In this document: positions 33,212-44,112 of the stretch, piece by piece | Layout: each line of letters begins with the position of its first letter | How positions within the stretch are numbered: position 1 is the first letter of the stretch | Translations under genes and position numbers: made by a program | Source of the DNA: Lepidodermella squamata | Taxonomy: Eukaryota; Animalia; Gastrotricha | Direction of reading: 5' to 3' | Length of the DNA: 64,000 nt | Assembly: GCA_047495785.1 (NCBI GenBank) | Contig: JBLDXI010000042.1 | Coordinates: 4,278,001-4,342,000, forward strand | The notes under the pieces: generated by a model | Seen by the model: only the letters and a program-made list of their open reading frames with translations | What the model was told of the DNA's origin: nothing | The model's database searches: none

Positions 33212-34375
33212 TCAACCGAAGTAGCCGCTATTGCTAGCGACTACAACAGCATAATAATTGATTGTAAGGTACATGGTAAAAAATAACATGAACGCTAGCA
33301 TATCCCAAGCTCGTGTCCTGTTTATTTTCAGCCGTATGTTCGGTGAACGAAAAAGTACGCGTTGCTTGAACCATTTTTTATGGCTGTTCACCGTGCCGTT
33401 GATAATCAGTGTATGCACGGTGATTCCACAGCTGTAAAGAGAGAAAAGGTCGGAGAAGTTGCTGAGAAACAGGCGATGCGGTTTAGGCGGGACTCGGTTC
33501 AAAATGGAACCGCTGAGAAACACCATAGCGAGAAGGACAGTAACAGAAAACGTCGATCGATCCGCGCAAGTTGCCGGCATTGAAAAGGTAAAAAGTTGCA
33601 GGGAAGCTAGAAACAACACAGGAACCATCAGGTTATAAATATAGAACTCTGGATTTCTTCGAAATGTCAGAGTGAAGAATGCGACACTCCTCTTGCCAAG
33701 GACCTCCATCAATTGGGTTCGATTCGAAAAATGTATGAGAGACCATGCGTCGCTGTCGGTACTAAATTCCAGGCTAACAGAGCTGTCTGAATTTAGGTTG
33801 AATACAGCCGCGTACCAAATCTCCTGCAGGGCAAAAATGATCTCGCACGTTTGAGTATCGAAGGGGAAGTTTCGCAGTTCAAGAGGACAGTTTGAGGTGA
33901 AAATCCCTATTCTTTGCCAGTAAGATCGTATGTTGACGTATCGGCCCTCCCTTGCGTACAAGCTTAGATAGATTCGTTCCGTGAACCCTTCTTTCATATT
34001 GAATTTGCTCGCTGCATTCTTGTGATGCGTATGAGGCCGCCAAATGTCTTCCTCGTATACGTAGAAAATACGGTTCAGGTTCGACTTGTAGTAATTTCGA
34101 CACATTGAATCCCATTGAAGTGACATCGTTGCGGATACTGTCATGGTCTCTTGAGAATCGTCAATGCCATGAAAATCCTGGATATTCATTTTCAGCGTAA
34201 TTTTGAATGGCGCGCAATTGGTGTAGTTGTTGACTATTGAATCGGGACATGACGGAGTGTAAATCCTTGGGCTAAGAATTCGCGAACAGTTCCGTCGAAG
34301 CACAGCAAATTCTTCCCATGGGTCACCTACTTGAGCATGGACTAATCGAAAGATAAGGAAAATGGCTAGTAGCAT
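33212..34375 (-). CDS. Divergent Cys-loop LGIC subunit, subfamily B (B3), intronless, ~387 aa
   Basis: ATG at 34375 by alignment with B4; Cys-loop CPLELRNFPFDTQTC. Confidence 0.93.
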   Translation of the reverse strand: MLLAIFLIFRLVHAQVGDPWEEFAVLRRNCSRILSPRIYTPSCPDSIVNNYTNCAPFKITLKMNIQDFHGIDDSQETMTVSATMSLQWDSMCRNYYKSNLNRIFYVYEEDIWRPHTHHKNAASKFNMKEGFTERIYLSLYAREGRYVNIRSYWQRIGIFTSNCPLELRNFPFDTQTCEIIFALQEIWYAAVFNLNSDSSVSLEFSTDSDAWSLIHFSNRTQLMEVLGKRSVAFFTLTFRRNPEFYIYNLMVPVLFLASLQLFTFSMPATCADRSTFSVTVLLAMVFLSGSILNRVPPKPHRLFLSNFSDLFSLYSCGITVHTLIINGTVNSHKKWFKQRVLFRSPNIRLKINRTRAWDMLAFMLFFTMYLTINYYAVVVASNSGYFG

Positions 34376-34936
34376 TTCACGTTCAGCTTTCTTGAGTCCT
34401 TTTGCATAGGTCACTTCTCTATAGATGAATTTAAAAGGAAGTTAGGATGTTCTCTATGTTTAACATCAAAGGATTTTTTCAAGTTGAAGCGAGATGCTAT
34501 GAGAAATCGTGCGTACTTTCGCAATTTTTCTAAGACATGTAAAATTATTGATTATTAATAAGGATCATCTGAAATGGTGGTAGGTATAGCTTAGGCGGTC
34601 TATTGGTGAAAACCTAAGTAGAGCAGCGCAATTAATGCAATAGTTAAATTCGAAATAGCTTCCATAAATCATAAACTAAGACCTGGCTGTCACCATATCT
34701 GTCAATCACAGTAAGTTAACTCGCAATTTGTTTTAAGATAGCGGAGCAGTTGTCCTCACGCTCGGGCGATTCGCAAGCGAAATAATCTGATCGCGCCGCA
34801 ATGCAATATCGACAATATTCTTTTGCGAGAAAAAAGTGCGTGCTGAAAATGTCGAGATACATCGTAAAAAAAAGTATCAGCTTTTCGGAAATAGAATGTC
34901 AAACAGCTTGAAATAAGCCTTGAACTGTTAGTAATG

Positions 34937-35903
34937 ACGAGGAAGTCCCAGTTGTTATGTGTCGTTATGCGTCCGTTTATCCGATCTGTCGAGTGTTCGC
35001 TTAAGCGAGTGTATGTTAAATAAAGCCCTGGAGGCTAGTTTCAAGGAAAATGCACATAATGAGCCGAGGCGAAGCCGGGGAATATTATGTGATATTTCCG
35101 AGATGATAGCCCGCAGGGAAGCTGTCAACTAAACTGGTAAAACCGGGTATAAACTGGGACAATTGTGACATAGAAACAATTTCGAAAAAATAATTTGAAA
35201 AATAAAACGCGCAGCTTGAAAAAATTTGTTGCCGTTATTATTCTTAATTCTTTCTTGCTTTTACAATGGCATGACGTAGTACGCCCCTTTTAAATCGCAC
35301 TATGATGCTGCTGCTTCGAAGAATCAGTAGTTAAATGTCGGGGATCATTCCCGCTTTACCAACCGGAACTGTTGCTATCCTTGGCTGAATAACCCGGCAG
35401 ACCGCCATAACAGCGAATACCCGAAACAGCGAACACGACAAAACAGCGAAAAATCTAATTTGCGACATAACAGCGATTTTAATATAGGACATTACACAGC
35501 ATTTTGGGGAGGATTTTTCGCTGTTTCGTCGCTTTCGCTGTTATGTCGGTTTCGCTGTTCTGCGCATTCGCTGTTTTGACGTCCTACCGAATAACCCAGG
35601 TTTTATCTCAAGTTGGATGAACCCTGAACCCTCTTCAGGCTGATTTTCGGAAAATGACTGAAATTATTTATATCGATTTATTGTATGGATTGTAGGCAGG
35701 CTAACTTTGGACACTGTTTCTTTGCAGTTGAATAGCATGCATGGCAACAACACAGGACAAATTACGGGGGATTACTGCATAAAATTCCCCGTCTTTTCAG
35801 CTTTCTAATAAGCTGTAAGGCCGGAGATTATTGGAGATTATTGATTTTGGAGAAATTTCATAAGCAGTACGATTTCAGATGTCGAATTGGGACTTCCCCT
35901 CGT
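34937..35903. mobile_element. Probable non-autonomous TIR element (~970 bp) hosting a nested MITE
   Basis: Imperfect inverted termini ACGAGGAAGTCCCAGTT / AATTGGGACTTCCCCTCGT; starts where B3/B4 upstream similarity stops. Confidence 0.5.
35396..35588. mobile_element. Foldback MITE (MULE/Merlin-like) with 9-bp TSD
   Basis: GAATAACCC on both sides (35387-35395, 35589-35597); arms carry repeated AACAGCGAA and inverted TTCGCTGTT. Confidence 0.85.
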
Positions 35904-35940
35904 ATCTCAATCAAAAGAAGATGGCATGGGCATTATTATA

Positions 35941-36121
35941 CAGTCAGAACTCGCTATAGTACACTTTCACGGGGGACAAGAAGAAGGTGTACCTAAGCGA
36001 AAAGTGTACCCTTGCGAGTCAAAATTACCTTGCTAGCTCATAATTGGGACCGGTCGAAAAGTGTACTATGACGAATAAGTGTGCTATACCAGAGTGTACC
36101 TACTACGGCGAGTATTGCCTG
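35941..36121. mobile_element. Tc1/mariner-pogo-type MITE
   Basis: TA|CAGTCAGAACTCGC ... GCGAGTATTGCCTG|TA imperfect TIRs with TA TSD. Confidence 0.7.
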
Positions 36122-36992
36122 TACTATCTCATTCCTCATAAAAGAAAATGAAAATTGGACGATTGGTTTCCGCATGGCGTTCAGGTGTCAAAGCGGGTAA
36201 TGTTGGACCGCTAGACTGGATAGAGTATAAAGATGCTGCGGCGCAAAACGCTTAAATTTGCAATAAGTCAGGTAAAAATAGACAAATGTTCAACAATTTT
36301 CCCTTTGTGCTGCGATTTCGATGGTTTGTCGATAAGATTCCAGAAGTTATTAAATGTTATCTCTGCCAGTGTTATACAACGCGCGGAACTGTTCCAATAA
36401 AGAGCGTAGTCTTAAGTATGGCCGAAATCACATGTCGAATTGCTTGCACTCTGCTCGTTGCTTTTACACTGCAACTGCGGCGGCCAGCAAGTCGCGAACT
36501 CGAGGGAATGCCCTCAGCGCCAGGCATCTGACTTATTGCTGATGCAAACAGCATCTGGGAAACTAGTTTCGAGAGAAAGCGCAGTTTCAAGACGGGTCGA
36601 GTGGTAACTGCTCAAAATTGGGAACATAGGAATTGGGGTGGTTGGGGATGCACTTGGCGCGGCCGGACTGGTGGAATTGGAGACGGGTTTGGTTGAGCGG
36701 GTCCCGCCTGTGCAATGAAAAGTAGTAATGAAATGTTACACAATGCTTAAGAGGAGAAATTTCAAATGAAATATTTTTAATAATTTCGGCCACCATTCTC
36801 AATTCATTTTATTGGCAATAAAATCTTGGTACATATCATAGTACAGTTGGAGCATCTCAGCGGCGACAAAATTGAGTCTCAAGAAAAATCTGGAAATCAA
36901 AGCTTGTCGCTCTTACGGCAAAACCAGCTCATTTCGCCTGCTATCCTCATTTTTGGTATTTTCGGCATTTTTGGCTTAATATGGTCAGCTTT

Positions 36993-38159
36993 TCAACCGA
37001 AGTAGCCACTACTGCTAGCGACTATAAAAGCATAATAATTGATTGCAAGGTACATGGTGATGAAGAACATGAGCGCTGACATATCCCAAGCTCGAGTCCT
37101 GTTTATTTTCAGCCTTCTATTAGATGACTGGAATGGTACTCGCTGCTTGAACCACTTTTTATGGCTGTTCACCGTTCCATTGATAATCAGCGTATGTACG
37201 GTGATTCCGCAACTAAATAGACAAAAAAGGTCAGAGAAGTTGCTGAGAAACAGGCGATGCGGTTTCGGCGGGACTCGGTTCAAAATGGAACCGCTGAGAA
37301 ACACCATAGCGAGAAGGACAGTGACAGAAAAGGCCGATCGGTCCGCGCAAACTGCAGGCATTAAAAAGGTGAAAAGTTGCAGGGTGGCTAGAAATAATAC
37401 GGGAATCATCAGGTTATAAATGTAGAACTCCGGATTTCTTCGAAATTTCATGGTAAAGAAGGCGACACTCCGCTTGCCAAGGACCTCCATCAATTGGGTT
37501 CGATTGGAAAAATGAACTAATGACCAGGCGTCGCTGTTGGTGTTGAAATCTGGGCTGATGACCTTGCTGTCAGAAGTCAGGACAAAGACAGCCGCATACC
37601 AAATCTCTTGCAGGGCAAAAATGATCTCGCACGTTTGAGTATCGAAGGGGAAGTTTCGCAGTTCAAGCGGGCAGTTAGAGGTGAAGATCCCTACTCTTTG
37701 CCAATACGATCGCAAGTTGACGTATCGGTCGTCTTTTGCGTACATGCTTAGATAAATTCGTTCGGTGAACCCTTCCTTCATATCAAATTTGCTTGCCGCA
37801 TTTTTGTGATGTGTATGAGGTCGCCAAATATCTTCTTCGTCAACGTAGAAATTACGGTTCAAATTCGATTTGTAGTAATCGCGACACGCGGAGTCCCACT
37901 GAAGTGAGAGCGTAGCAGATACCGTCATAGTTTCTTGCGAATCGTCAATGCCATGGAAGTACTGGATGTTTATTTTCATCGTAATGTTGAATGGCGCGCA
38001 ATTGGTGTGTTCGTTGAGTATTGAATCGGGGCATGACGGAGTGTAAATCCTTGGGCTTAGAATTTGCGAGCAGTTCCGTCGAAGTTCGGCAAAGTCTTCC
38101 GGTGGATCAGCTATTCGAGCATGGACTAATGGAAAGATAGTGAAAATGACTAGCAGCAT
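36993..38159 (-). CDS. Divergent Cys-loop LGIC subunit, subfamily B (B4), intronless, 388 aa
   Basis: Closest to B3, including ~500 bp of similar upstream DNA (34376-34910 vs 38160-38645). Confidence 0.93.
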   Translation of the reverse strand: MLLVIFTIFPLVHARIADPPEDFAELRRNCSQILSPRIYTPSCPDSILNEHTNCAPFNITMKINIQYFHGIDDSQETMTVSATLSLQWDSACRDYYKSNLNRNFYVDEEDIWRPHTHHKNAASKFDMKEGFTERIYLSMYAKDDRYVNLRSYWQRVGIFTSNCPLELRNFPFDTQTCEIIFALQEIWYAAVFVLTSDSKVISPDFNTNSDAWSLVHFSNRTQLMEVLGKRSVAFFTMKFRRNPEFYIYNLMIPVLFLATLQLFTFLMPAVCADRSAFSVTVLLAMVFLSGSILNRVPPKPHRLFLSNFSDLFCLFSCGITVHTLIINGTVNSHKKWFKQRVPFQSSNRRLKINRTRAWDMSALMFFITMYLAINYYAFIVASSSGYFG

Positions 38160-39332
38160 TTCACGTATTTCTTTTATCCTTCTGCGTAGATCAATTAGAT
38201 CTAGATGAGTTTAAACTAGTGGATTGTAGGATGTTCTCTAGAATTATCATGAAAGGAATCGTTTTCAAGGGAAAGCTCGATGCTATGAGAAAATGCTCAT
38301 AAATTGTTGGTAATCATGGTTTTCTCGGTCACTAGGTGAAAGCCCAAGTAGGACAGCGTAATTAATGCAATAGCTAAAGTCTATACAGCCTCGATCAGTC
38401 GTGGACGAAGACGTGACTGTATCGCAAGTTTACTTGCAGGGTTTTTCAAGATAGCGGATCATTAGCTGCTGTATCAAGTTCGTGCGGCTTAGTAATTATT
38501 GCAAGCGAAATGACCTGGTTAAGCCGCAAAGCAATATGATCGACAAGACATTCTATTTTCGTTTAAGGGAATAAGTTGCGTGCTGACATTTTTTGACAGA
38601 TCGTAAAAAAGTGTCAACTTTTCGGAAATAGAATGTCCAACAGCTTCCATTAAATTTTCAGCTTTAAGTGTTTTGTCCGTGTATTTTCGCAATGTGTTGT
38701 ATAGCGGATGCCCAGTACCGATACAAGGTTGTGTTATGAATCATAGTTTGCTGCTTGTTCGCATCGATAGACGGAAAACAGGATTGCAGCGAAAATCAAG
38801 CTTAAAACAGCAATTTTCTAGCCTGCTCTAGCTGGGTGCTTCAACAACGTTCAATTCGAATGTGTGAGGATTGGATCGATATGGTTGTGATCACGGCAAG
38901 TGAACCTCTGTACCAAGATCCCATTTTCCGATGTTCCTTCAAGTCTGTACTGGAGCCAAGGCTGATATTACACCACAGCCATGAATCACGTAAAAGCAAC
39001 GTGAAAAATAACATATTCAACACATAAGGAAAGTCCTTCATTTCAGCTTAAATCTGTTCATAGATTGTGTATCCATCTCCATTTAAAATACACATAATGT
39101 ATTTTAACTGTTAGCTGTCCCAGTAGATGCAAGAAACGGAGTAATAAATAGTGTAAAAATGTGAAATCAGTCCTCTCTCTTTACCAGTGAATTTATAATC
39201 AAGCTGATTTGCAGCGCTCCATAAATTAAGCTGAATAAAGTGAAGTAGTCTCTTGAAAATCATGCATAATATTTTCAATAAAACAACACGGCATCAATCG
39301 GTATATTTGCACGAAAATATTTTTGCGAGATC

Positions 39333-42112
39333 ATGGCTTCGACCAGCAATGTATCCTTACTGCACCCTGAATCAGCCAACAACACAACAAGTCGTTCAAA
39401 TAACATCCTCAGCCTACCTCAGGACCCACTTCATGCGCGCCGAGGGCGCCGTTTCAGCACACTATCCGCCATCCACCCGCCTGTCACATCAGGTGTGGTC
39501 GGATCAGGAACAACTAACAGTAATCTATGCGGAATCAACAATTTGAACATGGGCTTCAGTCTGATTGGCCACGGTGGCTCGTCGTCAGTCCTTTACCCGG
39601 ACAAAAGCAGGTCCTTCTTTGGAACACTCAACTCACCAATGAGTTTGTCAGCCCAACGTTCATTCCCGATAAGTATTGGAGGTAGCAGCATAGGGGGTGA
39701 TCAGAGCTTCCTATCAGAAAGCCGGCAGCCGTCGAACTACGATTTTAGTAATGAACTCCTTGCGTTCGGTTTGTTATTAAGATATTTTAATAATTTTCTT
39801 CGCTTCAATTGCCCCGTTTTTTCTGTCTCTTCCTGCAAAACTATACTCGATTTTTCCTCCTTGCATGATAAAACTTAAGGTATGCAATTTCTGCTGCAAT
39901 TACAATCCGCAGAGGTTGATTCTGCTGCATTGAGTGCTGGCGGGAATGATGAATTGCGACGGGCCGTGAAACGAAAAGATGTCAAGAAGTCGCACCATCA
40001 CCGCAAAAAGAACAAGAACGGCGAGCCGGAAAATAGGCGGCATCTTGAAGACGAAATTCTAGCAGGTAGATTTAGTCATGACTTCATGCGCCCTATAAAT
40101 TCATTGCATCTTTTTCGAGCCGATCTAATGGTTTTGGAGGATTACTACTACCATCCACTTTTCTTGATCGGTAAAAACTAGAAACTGCCCTTTTTTGAGC
40201 AATGACCAGATGTTTTCGATAGCTCGAGCATTTGCAGTTGTGATCATTCTAGCCGGCGTAATTATGATGTTCGTTTCTCTCACGGCCCCTTATTGGGTCG
40301 AAATTCCACACCGTCGTAAGTTTCAGCTTTTGAAGTATAAGGAATATTTTGTAACTTTTCGACCAACAGCTGTTCCACTTGGGCCTGAGTATCTGTATCA
40401 ACTGACCATGTTCAACAACTGCACGATTCTGTTGCACGAGGCTGAATATTTCAGATTTGCCGATCTAGCAAAGAAGCAAATCTCGGGCATCATCCAATAT
40501 GCTAATTCAAGGGCGAAACAAGACCAATTGCCATTAGCTGCCCCTATCAAGCCTGTCATGATTCACGACCTGCCAACGACAGAGGAACTTCACAACATCT
40601 CATACATTGACGAGTATGATATCAGCCCTGGTCTTCATGTCGAAAATTCAAACAAAACAAGCGCGACCAAAATCGAGTACGGAGTTGATGAATGTCTGCC
40701 ATATTCATTTGGAGGTAAATTTCTCGCGTTAGCAAACAAATCTGAGCCAACAAAAAAGTCGAAGTACCAATTTGACGGCAATAAAAAATCTAAGGCACTT
40801 ACACGGTAATCCATTTTGGACTGGATTTGCATCTTGCGCGGACAAGTTGGCGGCACCCTAAAATTATAATATTTACATCGACCCTCCCGCGAGTGTATAT
40901 GCTGGACTTGGCTGTTCTGATCTGACGCGCGATTTTTGTTGATAATATTATAACGAACGCTCTTTATCGCAATAGCATCGCATGCTGTGCGTGCGCGCCA
41001 ATTGAGGAAAACGGCAAAATATTGACAAAACACTTTGCATACGCAATAATCATAATACATTATGGAAAATTTTCTCGAGAACTGCGCGCAGCCGATAATG
41101 GCCCGAGCCAACGCGACAGATGGCTGGTCTTTTTACGACGTCGTATTATACTAGCCCACAGCGATTAGTCTTGTGCTGCTATAGCCACTCGTATAGGCGC
41201 TTCTCTGTTTTTTGGCACACATGGCGCAGGTGAAAAGTTGGAATACGTTCTTCAAGTTTCGAGTGCCTGCTCTTGACCCAGCTAAGATAGTTATCAGCCA
41301 GCAACAACTTAACCGCGAACAGAAATGCCTACGCCCCTTTCGCCTGTTCGGCGTCCTATTCACTATGAGTGCGCTGTCGATGTCGATAGCAGCGTGCTGC
41401 ATATTTTGGCTACAGGCGCCAAACGGCTTACAGATAACACTGTGGGAGAGGTGTCTCAAAGAAAACGCCACACTTGTCGAACTTGGCATACCTTGCAATA
41501 ACCCTCAGTTAGATTGTTAGCTCAATTCCTGATAATTCCGACCCGGAGTTGTAACTCTGCCTTATTTTTTCAGTATGGCAATCTTGCGTGATTGGAGTAC
41601 TGATTTTCACAAGTGTATTTGGGACAGTGTCTTTCGTGCTTTCCATGTGTGGAGTGGTGAGTTGAAACTCTGATTTTTCCGGTTTTTGATCCTCCCGTCA
41701 ATTTCCTATAGTGCGTCCGATCTCTTCCAAAGCGGTTGTACTATTACCACAGTGCGGCTGAAATGCTTTTCGTCTGTGGTAAGGAAAGCTTCAAAATTCT
41801 ATGGTCCTCCTAAATACTTATATTTCAGCTGTGCTGACAGGAGCTGCTGTGATTGCTTTCCCCCTCAGCGTTCGCTACAAGGTGGAAATAGCCGCGTTCA
41901 CGTACGGCCACGGCTTTTACGTCGCCGCAGTCGGATCTGGTTGTTACCTAATCGCCGCAATCCTCCTTAACTTGGACCTATTCATATTATGCACAGTACC
42001 CGATAAAGGCCATCAGCGTGAAAACAGCAAATCAAGTGCAAGGCCACGGACTAAATCAATAGTCAGTCAGAATGCGGTCCCAGTTATCACGCCAACCCAA
42101 GCAACGGCGTGA
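39333..42112 (+). CDS. PMP22/claudin-superfamily tetraspan protein, paralog 2 (long isoform), multi-exon
   Basis: Shares YYYH, W.EIPH, GPEYLYQLTMFNNC, C..YSFGG, WQ-TM2, YYYHSAAEMLF and TYGHGFY..AAILLNLDLFILCTVPDK with 25709-29428, and the TM-region intron positions largely match. Confidence 0.78.
41221..41515 (+). CDS. Alternative first coding exon of tetraspan paralog 2 (own N-terminus, TM1 and compact claudin-type ECL1)
   Basis: MAQVKSW..FGVLFTMSALSMSIAACCIFWLQAPNGLQITLWERC..C. The phase-1 donor at 41516 and a 58-nt intron lead to the shared acceptor at 41573, in the same phase as the donor at 40715. Confidence 0.75.
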
Positions 42113-42506
42113 AATCGCTTTTTTATAACACATTTTTTATGCAATTTTCCCGAAGTAAAGGTTTTGATGTAAATATAATTGCCTCTTTTATTACTTTACT
42201 GGTATTGTAACCGCCCAATTCACCAAGGCTTTATATGATTCTTTACTGAAAGAGCACAACAAGATGCTTGCCACATAGATTTGTGCGAAAAAATAGGTAG
42301 ACACCTATATTATATCATTTCGACGTATCGTCCGTCATTCTTCGCGCTCTCAACTTTTGGAATACAGATTATACAGATACAACCAGCCAATTCACGGCAA
42401 TACATAAATTGAAGACCATTTTTGCGGAAACATCACGTTTCTCGAATAGTAATAGGAATATGATAACAATGCACATGAAAACAGAGCCTATATACGATCA
42501 TCACTT

Positions 42507-43263
42507 TCACATGGTCCCGACGCGGTCTCGCGGAATGAGGCGAAGATCTGAGCCGTGTTTCAGAAAAACCGTTCCGGCCGTTTGGTTCGGGCTGATGCCG
42601 ATGCCGTCGTTCGTGATGATGGCGCTCGTCTCAGCGGAAACCTTGAACTCCTCGGCTGCGAATCGCAGCACGGCCGTGAAAGGCGTTTGCTCTGGAACAC
42701 TCAGGCTAGAGAAAACAAGTCGCAAAACGTTATTAATCACGTAGTATCATAAAACGACGCGAAAGTCGAACATAACAAAGTCTAGTATTCGTACGTAAAA
42801 TCTACTGGTTACCCCACCAAGAGCATGAAATTGAACTTGGATTTTTCGAAAATATTAAAATGTGGAATTTTTGAAAAATATTCAAAAATTGGGATAGTGA
42901 ATTCATTACCAAATTATTGAATTCTGTACCAAATTATTCCAATCAGTTCCAAGTCCCAATTTTGAGACCCAGCCTCTAACCCTAACCCAACCCTAACCTA
43001 ACCCTAACCTAACCCGAACCAGTTAAATAAATGAATAAAATGGCTAGGTAGTATTGAATTGAAAATGAAATTTGGTACTGCAATAAGATTTTCCCTCAAA
43101 AATTTGGACTTTTAAAAAAATATTCAAAAAGACTTACATTTTGAAAGGAAGACGTGGGTCAGAAGTTAGGGTGATCTTGAAGGTCACCTTGGAAGTAGCC
43201 GTTGCCCTGCAATCGTGAAAAAAATATAAAAAAATTGCAAACAAAAATTCTTTCAACTCACAT
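42507..43263 (-). CDS. UFM1: Ubiquitin-fold modifier 1; exons 43263-43262 (AT), 43206-43138, 42705-42507
   Basis: Spliced product [66 protein letters not shown] with canonical GTGAGT/GTAAGT donors. Confidence 0.96.
42891..43095. mobile_element. MULE-like MITE with 9-bp TSD carrying telomere-like (CCCTAA/CCTAA)n, in UFM1 intron 2
   Basis: TCAAAAATT flanks both ends; GGGA...TCCC termini; internal CTAACCCTAACCCAACCCTAACCTAACCCTAACCTAACCC. Confidence 0.75.
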
Positions 43264-44112
43264 TATTCAGATCGGCTTGGCTGCCCTCACGGGTTTTTCA
43301 GTCGAAAAAATAAAATTCAAATGTGCCTAAATTGGCAAAAATGCAAAAAAATCAGTTTTTCACTTCTTTTTATAAGTTTTATCACGTTTTCATCAAAATT
43401 TTTATCATTATCAATCGATTTCTCTGTCTTCTCAATATTTTTCAAACGTAGAAATAAATATTAATAATTATTATCATCATTTTCAATAATAATCAATTAC
43501 AATTTATCAATTATTATTGCAGAATGTGTTCGATTTTTTGCTTTTTACTTGCTCGCGATGCACCGCTCGAAAAATACGCCGCCACAACAACTTTTCAACG
43601 AACAATAATTACAATAATTATTATTCCGAATTTCTCTCAAATTTCTCGAGCCGGCCACACGTGCTTAAAAAATGCGCATTAGAAGGACGCGAAAAAAACA
43701 TGAGAAGAGAAAAGTCATTAGCACAACAAAAAACAGAACATTGATTATCAGTTAATTTCAAATAAGAACATTCAGTTGGTAGAGTTTCTAAACCGATTCG
43801 ATCTTCTAAATTATCATATCAGCAGAGAAATAGAGAGAGAGAAGGAGATAAGAATAGATAGAGATAGACACACATGCAAAATAACACACATGAAAAAGAC
43901 GAGATTTTACGTTGAATCCGGTATCAAACGTGAACTACCGTGATCTAGGCGAGAAAGAAAGTGTTCGTGGTTTGTTTTTTCTGAAGAATAAACTTCTAGG
44001 GTAATCAAATTTTTTCACTATTTTTTCATCAAGCAGAAATAATTCGCAATATATAATAATTTTGTAGAATTTTTCATCTTCTTCTAAAGGGTTGAAAAAG
44101 CAGAAAACGCAA

